From positions 32,001-96,000 of the IMG/VR virus record IMGVR_UViG_3300012953_000012: a stretch of 64,000 bases of DNA. One strand, written 5' to 3'. Position 1 is the stretch's first letter; each line of letters opens with the position of its first letter. The notes under the pieces are model-generated. The model saw only the letters and a list, made by a program, of their open reading frames with translations, did not search any database and was not told the origin of the DNA. Position numbers and translations under genes: made by a program. Positions 46,686-55,198 of this stretch are shown here, in pieces. The DNA is from a virus (Duplodnaviria > Caudoviricetes).

Positions 46686-47279
46686 ATGACTTACAACCCC
46701 AACAGCCTGACTGACCGCCGCAACCTGGCGACCGCTCTCTGCGCTCGCCTCACCGAGTGCGGCTTCACCCCCGTCACCCGCAAGGGGACGAAGGAAGCCA
46801 TCTACTCCCGTCCTGTGGATGGCACGGACGGCACCATCAAGGTGCTGGTCTACACCAGCGTCGTCCCTGTCCGGGGCGGCTTCGCCGTCCGCAAGGAAGG
46901 CAAGGACGCCATCCGCGTCTGCGCCGTCTACACCGGCAAGGGCGGCAAGGAACGCGGCATCGCCCGTGCCGACAAGCGGGTCAACCGCACTGGCACCATC
47001 GAGGCCACTGTCGAGCGCACCTACCAGCGGATGCGCGACGTCTACAAGACCGCCGCAACCTGCGAGCGGTGCCGCTGTGGCGCTCCGAAGTTCGTGAGCA
47101 AGAAGGGCAACGAGGTCTGTGCTGACCTGTGCTTCCTCTCGGACAGCGAGCGCAACCGCCCGGCCCCGCGCCATCCTCGTCGGTCCTACGGTCGGGGCTA
47201 CCGGCCTCGTCGGCGTCGGTCGTCCTACGTTTCGACGTCCTACGACATCGAGTGCGCTCTCAACGGGGTGGCCCCATGA
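46686..47279 (+). CDS. Basic hypothetical protein with C-terminal Cys4 cluster and Arg-rich tail
   Basis: CERCRCGAP...CADLC; GGAG SD. Confidence 0.7.
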   Translation: MTYNPNSLTDRRNLATALCARLTECGFTPVTRKGTKEAIYSRPVDGTDGTIKVLVYTSVVPVRGGFAVRKEGKDAIRVCAVYTGKGGKERGIARADKRVNRTGTIEATVERTYQRMRDVYKTAATCERCRCGAPKFVSKKGNEVCADLCFLSDSERNRPAPRHPRRSYGRGYRPRRRRSSYVSTSYDIECALNGVAP

Positions 47280-47458
47280 TCCGCCACCTGACCGCCCTGT
47301 TCCATCGGGCACGCTGCGACCGTGCCGTGTTGATCCCGATGCTCGACAAACTCACCCCCCTGGAGCAGCAAGCCTTGTGGCGACTGCTCCAGTCCGTTCA
47401 AGACGACGCCCAGCGCGACGGTGCCCGCAAGGGTGCCCGCCAGCCGTGGCGTCGATGA
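47276..47458 (+). CDS. Small hypothetical protein (MIRHLTALF...)
   Basis: ATGA overlap. Confidence 0.6.
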   Translation: MIRHLTALFHRARCDRAVLIPMLDKLTPLEQQALWRLLQSVQDDAQRDGARKGARQPWRR

Positions 47459-47488
47459 TCCCCCACCCCACACGCCAGGAGGTATCCC

Positions 47489-48352
47489 ATGGCTGACATC
47501 AACAAACTCATTGAGCAGTTCGCTGCCGGGGTCAAGTCCTCTACTCGTGAGGACGTGACCAGCGGCAACCTGGAAGGCTTCAAGGACTTCAACCTGTCCG
47601 CGAAGCCCGCAACCCCCCGCAAGACCACCACGCCCACTGTGACCCCGCTGGAAGCCGCCCAGGCAGTCCGCGAGGCTGTGGCCGCGAAGGGCGGTCGCCG
47701 TCCGAAGGTCACCTACTGGAAGCCCGTCGCCGCGAAGACCCTGGGCATCAGCAAGTTGTTCGCCAAGCGATGGCAGGCTGTCCTGGACGCCGGGATCGAC
47801 GCGGGCCTGTTCCGCATCGACACCGAGACCCTGGCTCACCCCATCCTCGTCGCGCTCGACCCTGAGCCGGAACCCGAGGTCGAGGAGCCGGTTGCCGTGA
47901 CCCGCCCCCGCGTGGTCGAGGACAACGACGACTTCGACTACGACCGCTCCTGGCCTCCCGAAGGCTGGGTCGCCCCTGTGACACTCCCTTGTGGCCACAT
48001 GAACCACAAGGGCCACGGAGTCACCGAGGACGACCCGAAGCAGGTCGCCGCCCGTGCGGAAGGCTTCTGCTGCGCTGCTGCGAAGCAGAACGCGCAGCAG
48101 GTCGCCCGGCTGAACCCCGGCACGTCTGGACGGAACGTCCACCTTCACGTCAACTGGCGTGTCCGTGGGCTGACCCATCCGGTCCCCAAGGCTTTGCGCC
48201 GCTCCCCTGAGCGGGAAGCCAGCGGTGGCTTCCCCGGCCTCTGCTGTGATCCCGAGTCCGGCCTCTACATCGGAGGTCTGGGCAACAACTGTCGCCACTA
48301 CCACACCGGCTCTGAACGCTGTGTGATCCATGCACCGAAGGAGGTCAAGTGA
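47489..48352 (+). CDS. Hypothetical protein with Cys/His-rich C-terminus
   Basis: AGGAGG SD. Confidence 0.7.
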   Translation: MADINKLIEQFAAGVKSSTREDVTSGNLEGFKDFNLSAKPATPRKTTTPTVTPLEAAQAVREAVAAKGGRRPKVTYWKPVAAKTLGISKLFAKRWQAVLDAGIDAGLFRIDTETLAHPILVALDPEPEPEVEEPVAVTRPRVVEDNDDFDYDRSWPPEGWVAPVTLPCGHMNHKGHGVTEDDPKQVAARAEGFCCAAAKQNAQQVARLNPGTSGRNVHLHVNWRVRGLTHPVPKALRRSPEREASGGFPGLCCDPESGLYIGGLGNNCRHYHTGSERCVIHAPKEVK

Positions 48353-48624
48353 TGTCTGCTGTTCAACCCCTCGTGGCTGTAGCCACGATCCCCGTCCCGA
48401 CCGGCTGGCGGTTCGTCCTGGAGGACGACATGCCCAGCATCGAGCGTGACGTGGGAGACTTCACCCTCACCGTTGGTTTGGACGACGGCAAGTGGCGCTG
48501 GTGGCTCTGCCCCCGTGGCCACAGCGGTGCCGTCCCAAGCCCCGGCAGCGGTGCGGACATGGTGGACGCCATCTGGCAGGTCTTCGACGCCCTCGCCCGC
48601 CGCCTTGATGGAGGTGGAGCATGA
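48349..48624 (+). CDS. Hypothetical protein
   Basis: GGAGG SD, GTGA overlap. Confidence 0.6.
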   Translation: MMSAVQPLVAVATIPVPTGWRFVLEDDMPSIERDVGDFTLTVGLDDGKWRWWLCPRGHSGAVPSPGSGADMVDAIWQVFDALARRLDGGGA

Positions 48625-48839
48625 CCCGCTGTGACCGCTGCCCGAAGCCCCTCGGCGTCCATCGGGTGTCGTGGTTCAACCTCGACACCATCTGCACTCG
48701 CTGTCAGGCCCAGGAAGAAGCCCACCCCGACTACGCCTATGCCCGCGATGTAGAACGCAAGCGGGTACAGGTTGGTGACTACAACTTCGTTGGAGTCGGC
48801 TGGCCTGGAGTCAACGGCAGGGTGCTCCGCACCCGGTAG
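48621..48839 (+). CDS. Conserved small phage zinc-binding protein (CDRC...FNLDTICTRC...GDYNF.G.G)
   Basis: Recognisable phage family pattern. Confidence 0.65.
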   Translation: MTRCDRCPKPLGVHRVSWFNLDTICTRCQAQEEAHPDYAYARDVERKRVQVGDYNFVGVGWPGVNGRVLRTR

Positions 48840-48872
48840 ACGGGCTATCGCCTCCGACTGTTCGGAGGCGAT
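48835..48872 (+). promoter_or_regulatory. Class III motif (GGTAG-ACGGG-CTATC) plus 11-bp hairpin covering the SD
   Basis: ATCGCCTCCGA-CTGT-TCGGAGGCGAT (48847-48872); GGAGG 48864-48868. Confidence 0.8.
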
Positions 48873-48876
48873 GCTC

Positions 48877-50046
48877 GTGAGCCGTGAGATCCAGATAGGA
48901 CACCCGTGCCCGCACCTCATCATTGAGGAGGTGGTCGCGTTAGGGGCGGATAAGAAATCACTGTCCACCCGTGCGCCTGTGTCATCAGCCAACAGCGTCA
49001 GGATCCTGGTCAACAATCAGGTCTATGTGCCGCCTGGGGGCCTCTACTCCAAAGCCATTCTTTCGGGAAGCGTGGGTCCTTACCGCATTGAGAAATGCGT
49101 GGGGTTCGCAGGACCGGAAGGCAACACTCTCACCGTGACGGCCTCGCAAGGGACTGTGACCGTTGACCTCCCCCTGTCGCAACGCCTCAGCGTGGATCGG
49201 CTGGTCCGCGCCTTGAAGTTGACGCCTCTGGATGGTCTGGTTGGGATCACCAGCGTCAACGGCTCGGTGACGTTCACGGACAACCACGCCACAGGCTCGG
49301 AGTCCGTGGTCAAGGTCAGCGGCGACGGTGCCGATTCTTTGGGTTTCGTTCAACGGGGGGCTCGCGGGCGAGAAATCTATCCGGGGTGGACCCTGGTTTC
49401 GCGACCGGACGTGCTTCCGAGTGCTGATCTGCGCGGGCTGTTCCCTGTTCCTGCCCGGTATCCTCGCTTCAAGAAGCCGGTTCCCAACGGGTCGGACTTC
49501 AAGGTCACCTACACCGCGATGCCCGAGAGGTGTCCCCGGTGCCAGGCCACCTACATCGAGAACGACTACCGCTTCAACCAGATGGGCGAGGTACGGACCA
49601 TCATCAACGAAGACCTCCTCTATCAGGCGTGCTTGAAAGCGATCCTGACGAGGAAGGGGTCGAACCCGTACCACACAGGCTATGGATCCTCCATCATGAC
49701 CCGTGTCGGGCGCAAGCGGATGGCAGCAGCCGCTGGAGCCATCCGGCAGGACATTATCCAGGCACTCCGAGGGGTCCAGGGCATTCAAGGAGGTCAGCGG
49801 AAGTTCCAGCAGGTGACTGACCGAGAGAGGCTGTACCGCGTCGAGGATGTGTCCGTGACCCCCACGGATGATCCCACGGTCGTGCGTGTCGGTGTGGTCG
49901 TCGTCAACGGCAGCAACCAACCTGTATCGCTGAACATCGTCTACTCGGCTCCGGGGGCGATAGCCCTCGCTGGGTCCAACGGTCAGTCCCTCGGGGTCTC
50001 GGGTCTGTCGCAATCCCAAACACGACGCTTCCTGATGGACGGGTAG
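48877..50046 (+). CDS. Baseplate wedge protein with C-terminal gp25/W-like domain
   Basis: LYQACLKAILTRKGSNPYHTGYGSSI...IIQAL...RVEDVSV...VVRVGVVV is gp25-like; precedes baseplate J. Confidence 0.75.
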   Translation: MSREIQIGHPCPHLIIEEVVALGADKKSLSTRAPVSSANSVRILVNNQVYVPPGGLYSKAILSGSVGPYRIEKCVGFAGPEGNTLTVTASQGTVTVDLPLSQRLSVDRLVRALKLTPLDGLVGITSVNGSVTFTDNHATGSESVVKVSGDGADSLGFVQRGARGREIYPGWTLVSRPDVLPSADLRGLFPVPARYPRFKKPVPNGSDFKVTYTAMPERCPRCQATYIENDYRFNQMGEVRTIINEDLLYQACLKAILTRKGSNPYHTGYGSSIMTRVGRKRMAAAAGAIRQDIIQALRGVQGIQGGQRKFQQVTDRERLYRVEDVSVTPTDDPTVVRVGVVVVNGSNQPVSLNIVYSAPGAIALAGSNGQSLGVSGLSQSQTRRFLMDG

Positions 50047-50055
50047 AGGTAAGGC

Positions 50056-53000
50056 ATGTCAGACACATTGATCTACAGCCCGGACGGCAAACTCACGCAA
50101 ACGGTCAACTTCAGCACCACGCGGCAGACCCGATTCTTTGAGGGGGTCCTCCCTCAGGACGCTGCGGAAGTGCTGGTCTCCATCAACGGGAGTGGGTTTT
50201 CCAGTGATGAGAGCCTGGTCCAGTGGGGGGACGGGGTGTGGACCATCCCCAGCCCGCTCTATGAGCCGGACGGGTTGGTCCTCCTGGAGGGAGTCAACAC
50301 GGTCGAGATCAAAGCCATCCTCGGCAACGGCTCCGCGACCCCGACAGCCAGCGCGACGGTTCGCCTCACCACTGACCAGGATGTGCTCCTGACCGTGGGG
50401 TCACCGACCAACATTTCCATGACGCAGGAGAACGACACCGTCACCGTGCGGGCCGAAGCCCCTGAGACAGCAGACGGGTTCCAGGGCATGAACTACTACG
50501 CCTCGGCAAACGCCGGGGGAGGGGTCAGCGGCTACACCCGGATCAACGTGTCGCTGGTGGCCGATGGCCTCGCCCGGCAGGAGGTCCAGCAGTTTGCCGC
50601 ACAAGCGGTGGACCTCCCCGTGCAAGTGGATGCTGACGGCAACCCGACAGCCGATCCGATGTACTACCGCCTCACAGGCCGACAGGAGGACGAAGACGAA
50701 GGGGTGCTCGTCACCGACTACAATGAGCGGTACGAGGTCCCTGAGACAGCCCGGACCATCCGCTTGAACATGACCTTGGACCAGGTGCGGGACGTGGTCT
50801 CCTACGACTTCACCCACAACCGCTCAGGCTCCCCGCAGTCCACCCCGGCGACCGTCCGGGTGAGTGAGTTTGTCAACCTGAGCCCCTCTTCGCCCCTCTA
50901 CTACGTCGTCACAGCAGTCTTCTACGACCGGGTGACGGACACTGAGTACGAGTCGGCATACTCAGCCGAGGTTGTAGGCCAGCCTATGCAGGTGACGACG
51001 GCCATCGGATCGATCCCAACGGTCTCTCGTCAGAACATCGTCACGCAGTTCGTCAGGGCCATCTTCCGATCCAACCCTCAGATCAAGGTCGAGGCCGGGT
51101 CAGTGCTCCGGGACACGGTGATCGATCCGTACTCCTCCGAGAGTGAGCGGCTGCGGTTCCTGCTGGATTTCTACCAGCGTGCGAGAACCCCGACACTACT
51201 CCTCCAGATCGATGACCCCACCGCCAGTGGGACCAGCATCCCTGTGGCACAGTCCTCCTACAAGCAAGCACTCCAGTCGGCGCTGTACCTGGACAATGCC
51301 CTCGCCACACAAGGGCTGATTGACTCGGCCTTTGAGTCGTATGCCAGCAACTTCGGCCTTCAGCGGAAGTCCGGGATCGGTGCGCGTGGTGAGGTGCTGT
51401 TTTTCACCCGCACCAAACCACAGTCCTCCCTCGTGATCCCGTTGGGGACGATTGTGTCTGGCGGGGGTTCCAACTTCGCCACCTCAAGGGCCGCATCCAT
51501 CTCGTCGGCCCAGATCGCTTCCTACTACAACCCGGTCAACGGCTACTATCAGATCTCAGTGCCGGTCCAGGCCACGACAACAGGGTCGAACACCAACGTC
51601 GGCACCGGCCAGATCACGAGCGTGATCTCCACCCTCGGTGTCTCCCTGTCCGTCACCAACCTGGCAGCGATGATTGGGGGGCGGGATGGGGAGTCGAACC
51701 TCTCATTGACGGCGCGAGTCCAGAACCGCCTGGCCTCTGTGGACTCGGGAACGGAGCGTGGGTACTTGCAGACAGCAGCGGACGTTCCGGGCGTGGTCAA
51801 GGCCAATGTCGTGGCAGCGGGCAACCCCCTCATGCAGCGCGATCTCAATGCAGACGGGCAACACATGGGCGGCAAGGTGGACATCTGGGTGCAAGGCACC
51901 AATCTGGCATCGTTGACTGACAACTTCGCCTTCACCTTTGAGATCGCCCAGGACATCCAGTTTCAGATCCTCAGTGTGCCGGACCTGACGTTCCGGGCGT
52001 TGGACCCTGACCTGTCATCGGCTGACCCCATCGTTGAGATGCTGGATGACCCGGACATCGGGTATGAGATGAGAAACGCATCCACGGGCGAGGTCTTTGA
52101 TCTCGCTGGGGTCAAGGTGCTTTCCTATGACACCATCCAGTTGGACACCTCGGTCTCTCAGCCAGCCGTGGACCTCACCGACGTGGTCCTGGCCTCGTAC
52201 CGGCGGCGAACAGGAAGTAAGTTTGTCCTCCTGCGGCAGCCTGCTGAGGAGATCGTCTCTGTCGTGGGGTCGGTCAGCGGGACTCTCCCTACTGATTCCT
52301 ATCTCCTGAACCACCCCGATGCCCCCCTCGCTTACGGGCGCTCCACCCTGGCCGAGGACTCCCTTCAGATCGACGGTTACAGGGACGCGAATGGCAACAC
52401 CATTCCCAGCGGGGACAGCATCACGGTGACGGACGAGCCTCATGTCATGGTCGGCCAGTACGCTGAGTTCCTGGACAGCCTGGGGGCCAACTACTTGACC
52501 ATCGTGGTCAAGAGCGCGGACGGACTCATCACCTACAACGGACCCAACGACCCTTCCGGTGCGCCGGACTACCAGGTGACCCTGGGGACGCAGACCGTAG
52601 CAGTGAGCATCACCCGGACAGACGCGAGCACGATCCCCAACGGGGCTTCCGTGCTGGTCTCCTACGAGCACGACGAGAACTTCACCGTCACCTACACTAC
52701 GAATCTCATTGTCTCCACCACCCAGAACGCGGTTGACTTGCAGAAGCACGCGACCGCTGATGTAGTGGTGAAGGACGCCATCCCGGCCCCTCTCGACATT
52801 GAGGCAACGGTGGTCGTGCGGCAGGGGCGTGAGACCTCAAAGGTGGACGCGGACCTGCGAACCAACATGGCCACCTTCTTCACCAATCTGCGCCTGGGTG
52901 ATCCCGTCCGGCAGTCGGACATCATCGACGTCATCGAGCAGACCAGTGGAGTCTCGTATGTGGTGGTCCCCCTGAACCTGTTGGCCCGCTCGACTGGAAG

Positions 53001-53517
53001 CACAGTCGTTCGGGAAGACATTTCCACGGACACCGTGTCGGAGAGCGTCCTGCTGACGTCCCTCTCGTCCAACCAAAGCATCGTCTACATCCTCACTGAG
53101 AACCTCTCAGCGGCTACCGTCAACGGTGGTGGGGGAGCCGGTGAGTTCCGGGCCGTCTTCCAGGACGAGGTCGAGATGAACCTGCTTCCGGCAGCCGCCA
53201 CACTGGTGACACTGGGCACGGAACCCGGCTCATCCTACATCGTCGGAAGTGATGGTGTGGTGATCGAAGGGTACTCGGATGACGAGACCTTGAAGACGCA
53301 AGGCTACGTTACGGACAAGGCCATCACCCAGCAGCGCAGGGCACTGACCGCGAACCGGGTGTTGGTATCTGTCACCCCTGGTGATGCTCCCACAGAGCAC
53401 CAGTACGCTACCACCTATGTGGTGGGGGAGGGCGCTGGAGCCAGGAACGTCGAGCCTGGTGGTGCGGAGTACTGCACCGAAGGCTTCCTCACATTCACCT
53501 ACGACGAGGATCGGTGA
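50056..53517 (+). CDS. Baseplate J-like (gp6/gp47-type) protein with N-terminal Ig/Fn-like extension
   Basis: GSVLRDTVIDP, ARGEVLFF, VIPLGTIV, VPVQATTTGSNTNVGTGQI, GGRDGESNLSLTARV...SGTERGY. Confidence 0.88.
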   Translation: MSDTLIYSPDGKLTQTVNFSTTRQTRFFEGVLPQDAAEVLVSINGSGFSSDESLVQWGDGVWTIPSPLYEPDGLVLLEGVNTVEIKAILGNGSATPTASATVRLTTDQDVLLTVGSPTNISMTQENDTVTVRAEAPETADGFQGMNYYASANAGGGVSGYTRINVSLVADGLARQEVQQFAAQAVDLPVQVDADGNPTADPMYYRLTGRQEDEDEGVLVTDYNERYEVPETARTIRLNMTLDQVRDVVSYDFTHNRSGSPQSTPATVRVSEFVNLSPSSPLYYVVTAVFYDRVTDTEYESAYSAEVVGQPMQVTTAIGSIPTVSRQNIVTQFVRAIFRSNPQIKVEAGSVLRDTVIDPYSSESERLRFLLDFYQRARTPTLLLQIDDPTASGTSIPVAQSSYKQALQSALYLDNALATQGLIDSAFESYASNFGLQRKSGIGARGEVLFFTRTKPQSSLVIPLGTIVSGGGSNFATSRAASISSAQIASYYNPVNGYYQISVPVQATTTGSNTNVGTGQITSVISTLGVSLSVTNLAAMIGGRDGESNLSLTARVQNRLASVDSGTERGYLQTAADVPGVVKANVVAAGNPLMQRDLNADGQHMGGKVDIWVQGTNLASLTDNFAFTFEIAQDIQFQILSVPDLTFRALDPDLSSADPIVEMLDDPDIGYEMRNASTGEVFDLAGVKVLSYDTIQLDTSVSQPAVDLTDVVLASYRRRTGSKFVLLRQPAEEIVSVVGSVSGTLPTDSYLLNHPDAPLAYGRSTLAEDSLQIDGYRDANGNTIPSGDSITVTDEPHVMVGQYAEFLDSLGANYLTIVVKSADGLITYNGPNDPSGAPDYQVTLGTQTVAVSITRTDASTIPNGASVLVSYEHDENFTVTYTTNLIVSTTQNAVDLQKHATADVVVKDAIPAPLDIEATVVVRQGRETSKVDADLRTNMATFFTNLRLGDPVRQSDIIDVIEQTSGVSYVVVPLNLLARSTGSTVVREDISTDTVSESVLLTSLSSNQSIVYILTENLSAATVNGGGGAGEFRAVFQDEVEMNLLPAAATLVTLGTEPGSSYIVGSDGVVIEGYSDDETLKTQGYVTDKAITQQRRALTANRVLVSVTPGDAPTEHQYATTYVVGEGAGARNVEPGGAEYCTEGFLTFTYDEDR

Positions 53518-54482
53518 TGGGCGACGAACTTCATGTCTACGACTTCGACGGGACTCTGTTCCGCAGTCCCCACGCCCCAGCGGTGTGGGACGGCGATTGG
53601 TGGAGTGATCCCGCGAGCCTGCTGCCTCCGTGCGTACCTGAGAAGCCTGGCCCAGCCTGGTGGATTTCTCCGACCGTGGGATCAGCCAAACAGTCGATCT
53701 CCAACTCGGATGTCTTCGCCATTATGATGACCGGACGCCGGGACGCATCTGCCTTCCGCTACCGGGTGCCGGAACTGCTGAAGCAAAAGGGACTCAACTT
53801 CGACGCGGTGCATCTGGCGCAAGGGTCAGGCGACTCGCTGATGGGCAAGATCAAGACCATCAGCAAGTACCTCGCCCGTTACCCGAACATCGACACGGTG
53901 CGGATCTGGGACGACCGGGGGAGCCACCTCCGCAAGTTCAAGAGCCTCCTGGAGCGTGAGGGCTACACTGTCCACATCGACCATGTCCGGGCGAAGTCAG
54001 CCGATCCGCTGTGCAGCGAGATGGACTTCGCTCAGAAGGACACTCCGAAGCAGAAGCCTTCCTACATCGGGGTCTTCCTGGACGCCCGAAGCAAGGCTGC
54101 TCTCGTGAATGAATACAACCTGGCCCACGACAAGGTGAAGACCGACCATGTGACCCTGGGGTTCAAGTTGACCCCAGACCTGGAAGCCATGATCGGGCAG
54201 CCCGTCAAGATGCAGGTGGTCGGCTACGCTGACGATGATCTCGGACAGGCGGTCGCCGTGGACCTTCCGGGCGATGTCCCCTTCGCGAAGAAGGGCATCC
54301 CGCATGTGACCCTGACGCACGACAGGTCAGTGGGGCCGAAGTACAGCAACCAACTACTGGCGGGTGGTCACGACGGAAAGCGCGGACCTGCCTTGACTGG
54401 GATCATCGACACGTTCCCACGGAGGCTCACTCGCAGAACGGCATCGGCGGCTCGGGTGGCTGCACTGCATAAGCGTCGTTGA
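53517..54482 (+). CDS. HAD phosphatase (Swiss-army-knife RNA-repair type) fused to 2H phosphoesterase
   Basis: VYDFDGTLFRSP, MTGR, IWDDR; two HxT motifs DHVTLGF and PHVTLTH. Confidence 0.8.
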   Translation: MGDELHVYDFDGTLFRSPHAPAVWDGDWWSDPASLLPPCVPEKPGPAWWISPTVGSAKQSISNSDVFAIMMTGRRDASAFRYRVPELLKQKGLNFDAVHLAQGSGDSLMGKIKTISKYLARYPNIDTVRIWDDRGSHLRKFKSLLEREGYTVHIDHVRAKSADPLCSEMDFAQKDTPKQKPSYIGVFLDARSKAALVNEYNLAHDKVKTDHVTLGFKLTPDLEAMIGQPVKMQVVGYADDDLGQAVAVDLPGDVPFAKKGIPHVTLTHDRSVGPKYSNQLLAGGHDGKRGPALTGIIDTFPRRLTRRTASAARVAALHKRR

Positions 54483-54843
54483 TCTCTGCCACGCGAGGAT
54501 CATCGACCCCCAGACCCCGGCACCACGACACTCCCTTGTAGGTGTCAGTCGGTGTCCAGTGGCAACGAGCCTCACCACGCTTGCCCTTCTTCAAGGCTCG
54601 CTCTGCTTTGAGGGCTTCGGAGCGGTCAGCGTAGGGTCCGTAGATGGCCTTCAGTTTCCATGGGCGGTGCTTGCTCGTGTAGCGGCCTCCCCCGACGATC
54701 TCCCCGTTGTGCTGCCGTAGGCGGCGCTTCGGGTCGGTGGTCATGCCGACGTAGTGGAACCCTGGCAGGGGTTTGCCTCGCTTGCCAACGCGAACCTGCT
54801 GGCTCTGGATGACGTAGACGAAGTACGGCTTGGGGTCACCCAT
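54427..54843 (-). CDS. GIY-YIG nuclease, SLX1-like
   Basis: YFVYVIQS...HYVGMTTDPKRRLRQHNGEIVGGGRYTSKHRPW...EALKAE. Confidence 0.88.
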   Translation of the reverse strand: MGDPKPYFVYVIQSQQVRVGKRGKPLPGFHYVGMTTDPKRRLRQHNGEIVGGGRYTSKHRPWKLKAIYGPYADRSEALKAERALKKGKRGEARCHWTPTDTYKGVSWCRGLGVDDPRVAEINDAYAVQPPEPPMPFCE

Positions 54844-55198
54844 CGTCCTTCCCTGTTGCTGGTCGAGGCACCGCGCTCTCTACGTCCACGACAGCACGAG
54901 CAGTCTTCGCTGCACGGCCTCGCCTGACAGACGCAGCACGAATCTGAGACCCCACAGGGCCAGCGTCGATCTCACAAGCCACGGAGCAGAAGTGCTGTGG
55001 CTTGACATCGTAGTGGGCGTAAGGCCGACCACAGACGAGACAGTCAGAGGTCGCCATAGCCATCAGTAGACGCAACGCACGACAGCAAGCGTCACAAGGC
55101 CACCCACCACCATCGGAAACACCGTACCGAGACGGGTGAGGAAACCGGGGGTGAACAGGTCTGGGGGGAGGTGGGGGGACATCAGAGGCAGGCTCCAT
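54836..55198 (-). CDS. Cys-rich hypothetical protein
   Basis: CDACC, CLVCG, FCSVAC; start uncertain. Confidence 0.45.
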   Translation of the reverse strand: MEPASDVPPPPPRPVHPRFPHPSRYGVSDGGGWPCDACCRALRLLMAMATSDCLVCGRPYAHYDVKPQHFCSVACEIDAGPVGSQIRAASVRRGRAAKTARAVVDVESAVPRPATGKDDG

